From positions 1,962,539-2,026,538 of the forward strand of contig MU004233.1 in the NCBI GenBank assembly GCA_010405405.1: a DNA stretch of 64,000 nt, in the 5' to 3' direction. Each line of letters opens with the position of its first letter. The stretch's first letter is position 1. Below, piece by piece: positions 14,369-23,689 of this stretch. Origin of the DNA: Microthyrium microscopicum. Taxonomy: Eukaryota. A program made the position numbers and the translations under genes. The notes under the pieces are model-generated. The model searched no databases. It was not told the origin of the DNA and was given only the letters and a program-made list of their open reading frames with translations.

Positions 14369-14491
14369 GCCTTGCTAGCTCAATCGGTAGAGCGTGAGAG
14401 TAAGCTAACTCGTTCCGTTCCAACACAACAAATCTAACCAGCTCATCAGCTCTTAATCTCAAGGTTGTGGGTTCGACCCCCACGTAGGGCT
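14369..14491 (+). tRNA. tRNA-Lys-CTT: tRNA-Lys(CTT) interrupted by a 50-nt GT-AG intron (14400-14449) between positions 31 and 32
   Basis: Joining 14369-14399 to 14450-14491 gives a full 73-nt cloverleaf: GCCTTGC/GTAGGGC acceptor stem, GCTC/GAGC D stem, TGAGA-CT CTT AA-TCTCA anticodon arm, GTGGG-TTCGACC-CCCAC T arm, T73 discriminator. Confidence 0.93.
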
Positions 14492-15511
14492 GTCAACTTT
14501 AGACTATGTCTAAACCACACATGCGGCTTCTTCAATGAAGCATTACTTGACCCATAGTTCTTTTTTTTGCCTTTTCTTTCTTTGCCAACTCCCAACTGCC
14601 AGGTCCATATGGTATGAATGATTGTCATGAGCGCATCATTTTGGTAAAGATGACAAAAAGGAAGAATAGATAGACAGTAATTCATTATTTTTGGTGTAGA
14701 TATAGCTATTGTTTATGATTTGTGGGCAGAAGTCTTTGAGTAAGTACTCCCAAGATATATTAATTTAGGTACACGTTCAATTGTTGGTATCTGTTACCAG
14801 AACTTTGCTATTGTAGATTAGAGAAATGTTTTCATGATTGTATGATGGGTATGACTACTATGCTGCAGTTACTTGCACGGCGAATCTCATGCTACTCGAA
14901 GTTCAAAACCACCGCATATCACAGCCTTGAAATATTATATCACACAATATAAGGACACAAGATAATTAGGTTGAATTCTGAAAGTAAAGTCACTAGTCCT
15001 GTTTTCTGGCTTGTCCAACGATTTGCTACCGTTAGTGATAGTGTCTATAGTATAATAGTATCACTCTTTGACGTCAAGAGGCTGTTTGTCCCATTCGCAT
15101 TCTTTGAACAGATAGATAATGAATGCCCTTAATAAACATAAAGCACACCACAAGAACTAGAAAGTGATGATATGTATCTTAGTATGCGGAAGCATAATAC
15201 TTATTTTCCTAGTCTGTGACTGATTTGTTTTTGAGATATCAAATCAGGGGAGAGCACCAATATAAGCATACAGTTTGTGAAGTGGCAGTTCGAAGCATTT
15301 ATTAATGGAGACCCCAAGGTAACTACCTACCCTAGAGTAACCTATCCTACCTCTGACACCGGTTTTTGAATTACATCCGCCATCATCGTGGCTCAATCCA
15401 ACTCAGTGCAGTTCGAGTCATCTATGTACTCGACAATCCAACAAAGCTTTCCAGTCAAGGTCTACAATAGACCTCCGCAGCAACATGTTTCGTTCTTGAA
15501 ATTGAGTACTA

Positions 15512-17143
15512 TCAGTACACGTCCTCCTCAATGTCCTCATCCGTATGAAAGCCCTCATTAGTATCAATATCCTCATCTGTATCAATGTCCTCATCCGTAT
15601 CAATGTCCTCATCCGTAGGCCCTCGCTCTGGATCCCGTGCTGCCATCGCACCGCGCAAGTCCTCGTGCGCACGCTTGTTGGCGGATTTCAGCAAGCTGTC
15701 AAAGTCATCTCTTGATAGCGTTACATCCGACGTGATCTCAAACTGGCCAGTTCGTGCAAAGTGAGCTTTGACTCGATCGACCACATCCCAGGGATATTCT
15801 AGCTCGAGAATTTCGCTCGGTTCTAAGTGGCTCTCAATCAACCACCGTTCTGCCAATTCTTGGGTGGGCAAGCCATTGAGGCTTATGTTGATATGTCGCA
15901 AATTTGGTTGATTGAGCCGAGACAACGTTTTGATCCACCTGAATCATGTTAGTATGATGGCCTCGAGAGAAGGTGTCAGAGGTTGGCATATTGCATATGA
16001 CTATCCAATCCCCACTTACCATTCCGAGTCAAAGCTGTCTGCCAGTTCGAATTGTGGGCAAAAGTTCACAGTCAACGTATGGGTAAGCGGACCCACGATT
16101 GGCATCGATGGTGGATTTGCGGTAAGCAAGTCATTGATGAAGTCGTTGTGAAGTTGTATTTCCAGCAGCTTGGAAGATACTGTTACGGCCGGATGCATCA
16201 TATGCGCTGTGGGTGGATATAAATCGTTACCAATTGTTCCTTCTATCCACAAACTGTCGATCAAATCGAAATTGTCTCTTTCAGTAACTCCTGCTTCATC
16301 AACTCTGAAAGTTTCGACGGTAGACTTGAGTAACCCTGCAGTAGCTACAACAGTATCCCAATCATATAGAACACCAGTTCCAAAGTGCACGTATTTCAGC
16401 TGCATAGGGATAGTAAGCAGAGGAAAGAGGAATGTGGGGTGAATCGAAGCGACACGAAGACCGTCTTTTGTCCAGTGAAGATGTTGTAGCTTCGGCATGG
16501 AACCGAAGACGGCATTAAGCAGTTCTGAATGACCGGGAGTATCCAATGCCATGTAGGTATGTACTTCCAAGTACTTAACGCGACCTAATCGGCTTTTGAG
16601 ATCAGTGGATATGCGAGCGAGATCATCTTTGAGGTCATCTCGATTTCTTTCCGATATCTCCAAATGTACCGATTGGCAGAACTCCCAGGCATCATCAGGA
16701 ATGCTTGGGCGATTCGAGGGGTATGAATTTATGTCGGCAATGAGACTCAGGGCGAGATGATCCAGGGCAATTGGTGGAGCGTACGTGAGGTTGACATGAT
16801 AGAACAGCAACGGGCGAGCGATTTGCCAGATACGGTGACACACTTGGGTCAACAGTCGAACAGTTTCCAGTCTTGGTGGTTGAAATCCGCAGGGAAATTG
16901 TTCGCAGCAAGCGTATCTCACTACCTTGTCGAGTATCTCATTCGGTAATTTGAGCAGTGGAAAGGGAGTCCGGTCGGAATCGTCGTTTGAGCTTGTGGTA
17001 GCTAATTCGTTCGCTGGATACTCTCGCCAATGTAGTTGCTGTACGCCTTGAGCGTATTGACTGGAATTGAGACGAGGACCGGCTGTAAAGCCTGGGTATA
17101 GCGCGGTTCTAGAGACAGTCATATTAGCTCCACTATCTGCCAT
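15512..17143 (-). CDS. F-box domain protein with acidic C-terminal repeat; one intron (15939-16019)
   Basis: F-box motif PLLKLPNEILDKVVRY...VCHRIWQIARPLLF. A GTAAGT...CTAAC...CAG intron joins the 375-aa and 137-aa ORFs in frame (EW|WIKTLSRLNQ). Confidence 0.8.
15529..15616 (-). repeat. Imperfect 18-bp coding tandem repeat (TDEDID), about 5 units
   Basis: Repeated ATCAATGTCCTCATCCGT units are visible. Confidence 0.85.
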
Positions 17144-17546
17144 TCTCTTATGCTTGAGATTGCCTAAGCCCGTGAAGTTGATCTTGAAGCCAGCTGAAGG
17201 TAAGCCGAGTGTTGATATGGAGACTCTTAGTGAAAGTTGATGTGATGTGTGTGGGTGTAATCTGAAGTTGAGCTCTACCCCTTAGGCATATGGGTACATG
17301 GCTCCTGCCTTGGAATGTCGGGTCTGGTCAGAGCTGGGTCGTGCCTGCCTGAAGAATGAGCGTGAATGATAAATTGGGAAGGTAAGACCGGCAGCTTGCG
17401 CTTGCTAAGGTACATGTAGGTAGTCTCCTCTATGTTCTACAGTAGACTGATTTCTTGAGTATGTTGACAGCTTGAGGACATTGAAAGCACTTTTGGAACT
17501 CATTTCAATATTCACCCTCCGTTAGTATTTATATTCCATGCCACCA

Positions 17547-19103
17547 TCATCTTGTCTTCTGCTTCCTTTCAATGATATAATCCTTCCCTCTCCAAACCTT
17601 ATACAACCCATACAATCCCGGAAACACCCAAAACCCAACAACCTTCCCCTTAATCCCCTTCTTCTCCAGCTTCTTCGGCGGCTGCTTAATCTTATCAAAC
17701 ACACTCGGCAGACTCTTCGTCGCCCCAAACTTCTCCCGCAGCGCCTCATATGCCTCCCGATCATAAATGCTCCAAAACTCCTCCTCACTATAGAACATTT
17801 GCGCATACAACCACTTCACCCCATCACAGTCTCGTACTCTCTTCTCCAACTCTCGATTCGCACCCGTATAGTCCTTGCCTTTTGGTACCGCGCCCCATAC
17901 GCCTACGTTTAGTAGCGTGTCTGTGTCGGCGGGGAAATGCTTGATCTTGAGACCAGTTTCTTGGAAACGGAGGGGGCAGAGCCAGAGGGGGTAAATTCCT
18001 AGGTCGGAATGTAGATCTGCAAGGAAGCCTGGTGCGCGGGGGATGGGGACGGCGACGTCTTCGACTATGTAGAGTTGTTGCTGGTTGCTGACGTGTAAAG
18101 CATGGAACATTTCGCGGGTGTGCAGATACTTGTCCATTATGTAGCGTAGGGGCGCGATGAAAGGGAGCGAGAAGTAGGTGAAGCCAAAACGGCCGACCCA
18201 GAAACCTCCACGGTCGTAGCGGAAGAGGTAGTCGGTTAGTGGCACGTAGTCGATCGCCGGTTGGCGAAGATTGTCGGAATCACTGGAAGATGGTGATGGA
18301 GGGGAAGCTTTGGGGGTCGATTTGCTAGGCTTGGGAGGGTTGCTTATCATCTTTTCGGCATGGACGTAGAACCAGGGATCATGGCGGCGGGTAAATCTAG
18401 TTATCTGTTGCTTGTTGGTATGCGACTTATCAACCATGCGGCCGGTAATCACAGCGCCTTTTGTCGGAGAGTACATGATGGTGTCGAGGAAGTCATTAGA
18501 CGAGGTTGGACCACCTTCGCGGACTATTGTGCCAACCGCGTCGTCGAAGCTGGTGACGAGGTGATATCGTAGCTCCACATAATCCTCTGCTTTAACAAGT
18601 CTGATATCCAGCCGCGTAACGACTGCGATCGTGCCGAGTGTACCAGCCGCTGCCTTGAACAGTTCATCTTCCCGTCCAACTTCCCGGGGAGCACCATCCC
18701 CAAGGATGCACTCAATCCTCTCAACTGTAGCATCTACGAACCCATATTTGAAACTACTGCTTTCGCCTGCAGATCCAGCAAAAGCTCCGCCCACAGTAAT
18801 GCCCGGAAATTCCGGAACAACCGGCGGGACTAGCCCCTGTGCCAACGTGGCTTTAAGTAAAGCATCGAATGGTACATTAGGCTCTGCGGAAACAATGAGC
18901 TTTTCCTTGTCGATGGAAAGAATGTTCTTCAACTCCACCAAGGATACACTAGAATCCGCATGGCGGGTGCTGTCGGAACGAGTAGAGTTGGTAGATCCAT
19001 GGTATATACGAAACTGCTTCCCAGAGTCGTGGAATCCTTTGATCTGTTCAGATACGGCGAGAGTAAGACGAGAATGTTTGGCTATGGCATCTTGGTCGTT
19101 CAT
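17547..19103 (-). CDS. FAD-binding oxidoreductase, Delta(24)-sterol reductase (DHCR24/DWF1)-like
   Basis: Motifs FRIYHGSTNSTR, EPNVP, VVPEFPGITVGGAFAGSAGESSSFKYG, YLFRYDRGGFW, PLWLCP and KWLYAQ. Intronless. First ATG at 19103 (the track start is GTG). Confidence 0.88.
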   Translation of the reverse strand: MNDQDAIAKHSRLTLAVSEQIKGFHDSGKQFRIYHGSTNSTRSDSTRHADSSVSLVELKNILSIDKEKLIVSAEPNVPFDALLKATLAQGLVPPVVPEFPGITVGGAFAGSAGESSSFKYGFVDATVERIECILGDGAPREVGREDELFKAAAGTLGTIAVVTRLDIRLVKAEDYVELRYHLVTSFDDAVGTIVREGGPTSSNDFLDTIMYSPTKGAVITGRMVDKSHTNKQQITRFTRRHDPWFYVHAEKMISNPPKPSKSTPKASPPSPSSSDSDNLRQPAIDYVPLTDYLFRYDRGGFWVGRFGFTYFSLPFIAPLRYIMDKYLHTREMFHALHVSNQQQLYIVEDVAVPIPRAPGFLADLHSDLGIYPLWLCPLRFQETGLKIKHFPADTDTLLNVGVWGAVPKGKDYTGANRELEKRVRDCDGVKWLYAQMFYSEEEFWSIYDREAYEALREKFGATKSLPSVFDKIKQPPKKLEKKGIKGKVVGFWVFPGLYGLYKVWRGKDYIIERKQKTR

Positions 19104-19704
19104 GGTCTTCACCGGATCTTGATCTAACGGCTAGTCAATGTGTAAGACAACTCCTGCGTGTCACGTTCCTAGCTCTTGATATGACAAAACAAAGATTAAA
19201 TAAAAGCAGGCATTGCGATAAACATGCGAAAGTATGTACAAGAAAAAGTGCAGATACGAAGAACGGTTTGGTAGTGACGAAGAGATCTGAAAAGATGGAG
19301 GAGGTTGGGTGGATCAACGACTAGCGCTGAAACAGAACTGCCCTATGGTATGTCAATGAATTTAGTATAAAATTGTGCCTTCTACTAGAAGACAAACAGT
19401 TGGGAAAGGTAAAGCTTAAGTAGCATTTAAAAATTGTTCTGGCGCCACGGAGTATCAAGCATTCAGATCGGGCGGCGCAAATAGAACATTGCTTCAACCG
19501 CCATAACCTTACCTAGTATGAAGCATCTCGGAATTGAAGAGAGTAAGATTTAATAGATACATATTTTACAGCTGTATCCAGCCAGAGAGAGTTCAATGTA
19601 CATTGATCCAACCTTCGTGGCTGATGCCTCCGTCTAGAGATGCATTTGACTGCCATGCAATGCATATAAGTGTGGTTGATATAATACAAGATTTCCAACT
19701 GCTA

Positions 19705-20499
19705 CTATGTCGCAGACTTTTGAGCCGCTGCCTCTTTGGCTGCCGCAGCTCTGGCATCCTTCCTCTCTTGAATTCTGCGCGTAGCCCGAACCTCCGCCTT
19801 CCGTCTCTCACCACCGTCAACCTTATGTCCCCTCCTAACCTCCCACAGCCCATCTCTCCACGCCAGCGTCGCCCTCGTCCCATCCTGTTGTGGCAGTGGC
19901 TCCAAATACCTTCCCTTCAGCGTCCGATGTTGCGGTCTCCACGTCACGCCATCGACCTTCTTCGCCTGCCCCAGCGGCACCGTTGGCAGCCTACTATCAT
20001 GCGGCACATTCACCGGAATCTCAAATTTGCCCGGCGTCCGTAGCAGCAGCGGGACTTGCTCATCAAAGCGATTCGTCTTGTCTGCGGGCGCATCAATCTG
20101 CACAACCTGGATGTGCCCGACACCATTGTGTACGTGGGCAAAGTCGCCGCCAATGCCATACACGCCTTGCCGGAAGCGCTCGCGCCACCAGCAGAGGTAT
20201 TTGCGCGCGCGCGGTGGCTCGATGCCTGCTTGGCGGAGGTCGTAGGAGGACATTTGAAAAAGGGAGTCCCAGGAGGGGATTTTGGACTCGTGCTCGGAGA
20301 GGTTGCGGCCGATGAGTTGGAGGAAGGTTTTGACGTCGGGGACGAATGGTGTGGGTGGTGGAACGGGGCGCGTGAGTAGACGGTTCTTGCCGCCGGAGAC
20401 GGATCGTCTACTTATCCATGATGTGGTGGTTTGTGATTTGAAGGAGAGGGTTCGGAGGGATTGGAGAGCGGTTTGGAAGGGGGAGATGGTGGTTGTCAT
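19705..20499 (-). CDS. FYV4: Mitochondrial small ribosomal subunit protein mS41 (Fyv4, IGR-motif protein)
   Basis: DVKTFLQLIGRNL...WDSLF...LRQAGIEPPRARKYL IGR domain, a mitochondrial-targeting-like N-terminus, and C-terminal GHKVDGGERR. Confidence 0.85.
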   Translation of the reverse strand: MTTTISPFQTALQSLRTLSFKSQTTTSWISRRSVSGGKNRLLTRPVPPPTPFVPDVKTFLQLIGRNLSEHESKIPSWDSLFQMSSYDLRQAGIEPPRARKYLCWWRERFRQGVYGIGGDFAHVHNGVGHIQVVQIDAPADKTNRFDEQVPLLLRTPGKFEIPVNVPHDSRLPTVPLGQAKKVDGVTWRPQHRTLKGRYLEPLPQQDGTRATLAWRDGLWEVRRGHKVDGGERRKAEVRATRRIQERKDARAAAAKEAAAQKSAT

Positions 20500-20860
20500 C
20501 TGGTGGTATTAGTGGCGAGTTGAGCAGCACTTGACAATAGACTCACATCTCCTGAGTCATCGAGTATATTGGCGACGGTCAATGGTCTGAGTCTGGGGTT
20601 TAAGGTGGGTTGTTGAGATGGTGAGCAGTTCGTAGATTTTTTTGGAAATGGATCATATTGAAGCTCGAAGCGCCTGGTCCGTGCATAATTGCCATTCGCG
20701 ACTTCAGCAGTTCAGCTTCAATATTCAGTAACTTTTCGCATGAATTCTCCTATATCGAGTCGTGGACTATCAGAATCTTTTCATAAGTTCCTAGTCATAG
20801 TGAACCATCTCTCCGTCTCTCCAGAATCTTCATATCATCGTCCCCGCTGCAGTGGTCGCC

Positions 20861-22127
20861 ATGGCTGCATCACCTATAACCACTCGAACTACGAACGAAG
20901 AGAATAAATCCAAACCAGCTGCCACAAAGACCTTGACATTACAGTCAAAGCAGGATGTCAAGGAAGCGGCGCCAGCCATGGATTCCTCTGATGAGAATGA
21001 AGACGATGGAGACGATGAGGACGGAGGCGACCTGGCAGTACAGATGAATGATCAGGTACGCCACAGGTTCGTCAAGGGTAAGTAGCACGAAACGACATGT
21101 GCTAAGCAATGAAGACTAAAGAGAAGCAGGTAAGAAGCTTGGTGAGGGTACTTATGCGAACGTATACAAAGGCCACTACCGAGACGATCCTACGAAGCAA
21201 GTAGCCATAAAAAAGATCAAGTTCATTCCTGGCAACACCGATGGGCTAAGCATGGACGCGCTCCGCGAAATCAAATGCCTCCAAGAAGTACGGCATCCCA
21301 ACATTATCAACCTTATAGCCATATTCTCCACAAAAGACCAGAACATCAATCTCGTCCTAGAGCTCCTACCACTCGGTGATCTTGAAGTCCTGATCAAAGA
21401 TAAAACAAACACTTTTTACAACGTGGCGGATATCAAAGCGTGGATGGGCATGCTATGTCGAGCAGTTTGGTGGTGCCATGAGCACTTCATCCTTCATCGC
21501 GATATCAAACCCAACAATTTGTTGATTGCCGCAGATGGAACTGTCAAGCTCGCCGATTTTGGTCTTGCGCGATCGTTTGCTGATCCATTCGTCAAAATGA
21601 CACCCAATGTCATTACATCATGGTATCGTCCGCCAGAGCTCTTTTTGAACGCTAGACACTATTCCAGTGTTGTGGACATTTGGTCAGTTGGATGCGTATT
21701 CGCAGAGCTGGTCCTTCGAAATCCATTCATGGCTGGCGAGACGGATATACAACAACTCGAGAAGATATACGAGGCTCTAGGCCATCCAACCGAAGAAAAT
21801 TGGCCGGGTGTTACATCTCTACAGTATTACATGAAGCCAGAAGTTCCGATTGTACGCACAAAAGTCGACATCATGGGCTATTTCCCGTCGCTGGGAGTTG
21901 TCGGTACTGATCTTATCATGGGAATGTTTGCCCTCGACCCAAATAAACGCTTGACCGCAAAGCAAGTCCTACAGCACAGCTGGTGGACAGATTTACCGAA
22001 GCCGACAAAGACGGCATTACTTCCTCGTGCTGGCGGCGGTGAGAAGCAAGTTGGTGAAGATTTGAAGCGCAAAGGTGGCGAGCTTGACAAAGCTGCGCGG
22101 AAACTCGATTTCGCATCCATGAGATGA
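20861..22127 (+). CDS. KIN28: TFIIH kinase Kin28/CDK7; one intron (21078-21129)
   Basis: KKLGEGTYANVY, VAIKKIK, MDALREIKCLQE, HRDIKPNNLL, LADFGLARSF, and C-terminal ARKLDF. Head-to-head with FYV4, about 360 bp apart. Confidence 0.92.
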
Positions 22128-23689
22128 GCACTGTGAAGTCTGACCGTGTTTGGCTTTGATAAGCTTAGACATCACTACATAATAGGGAGAGAACATGTTT
22201 TTCATGTTATTTTCTTGACATAAGTCAGATTCGCAGCGTTGCGATGGATCGTGGGATTGTCGCGCCCTGTCGCGATCTGACTTTAAACACCGGTCAGCTC
22301 TTGTCAGGGGTATGACAGCGAGATAGCGCAGTTCTTGCAGCCTCTGAACACTCTTGGCCCAAATAATCCCAAACGCGTTGATGGCAAAGTGTTGTCAAGG
22401 TTGGGCTGCTTATGAAGACACTGTGGGATTGCACCGTTGGCTTATGTCGCCAAGCAGGGCGCGCTGACAAAACGCTACGATGACTGACCACCAGATCAAA
22501 TCTGAATTGAAGAGAAAATGGACAGGCGTCCTGGTCCTGGTCCTTGCTGTGCATTTAACCATGGGGTTGTTGATTAGCCGCTGTCAAGCGATATGCATCG
22601 GATGCTGTTCTTGCTCGAAGCGACTGAATACGAATAAACATACGATATAGCTACAAATCTATTGCATTCTCCTTAAATTATGTCTGCTATCAACTGTAAC
22701 ACCACGGACTGAGCGAAATACTAAAATTAGGCCTATTTAAACGGCGCAGAGACGGCCTTATTCTTACCCCCATTCAATCTTTACATAGTGTATCATAGTA
22801 TGGAAAACATGGTAATATAAAAGTTCAACCAACGGTACAAAACTCCAATTCCAGTTGTTGAGTCCTTCCAATTTCTTGGGACCCGCCTCGTGCTGATGCC
22901 ACGCGACAAAGCTGCGCTAGGCTGCTCCCGCGGGTAAGTGAACCGCCGGTGAAACGTGGAACAATCTACATTCTCAACGGTCAGAGAGCTACCTAGGTAA
23001 GCTTTTCAGATTATCTGCAACTTCAATTTGTCCCGCCTTGAGGTTACATTATTTACATCATTATCATTAGTGGGGCTGGTTGGGTTGCTGCGCATTTGAT
23101 GCATCGGATGGGGAATGAAAATGCGTCAGGGCCCGTGTGGCAGTGCAATTGCGGGAGATCATCAGGTTTAAATCGGCATCGCCGTACTGTAAACATCAGA
23201 TCCGATCTCATGACAGGGTTAATATACAGGGGCATTGACACGAGGCGCAGTAAGCTTTCATATGTGGCATGACCTCACTCCGTTTTTGATGTAAACACAA
23301 AAGAGACAATCCAATGTCACTTGAAAGTCAATGGGGAACAGACTGGGAGAGAACTATGAAAGAATAAGGTAGTCTATACCATTAACATTTTCAGCAGAAG
23401 TATCAGAGTACTCAGTCGCTGGTACGTTCAGTCATGATCGTTCATCATGCTAAATAACAAGTGTTGCTTTGGAAAGTCATTACAGTAAAAGATTCAGAAT
23501 CTTCGCTCAAATATGCCGCTTCGCTAATTTGATGGGTCGTATATGCGAGTAAACCCACAAAGTCACCAGACTCTGTCATTATATGTACAGCCGTCATCCA
23601 ATGTCCAAGAGAATAAGAAGGGTATCCAACGTGTTGCCAAAAAGAGTTTCCATCCCAAAGAGTCGTGAATTATAAAGAAAGAATTTCGA

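Noticed and set aside
14369..14491. Reading the tRNA as Leu(AAG) with a canonical 37/38 intron
   Set aside because: This would require G32 and C37 and a Leu tRNA without a long variable arm. The body is Lys-type, and the GT-AG excision gives a perfect loop.
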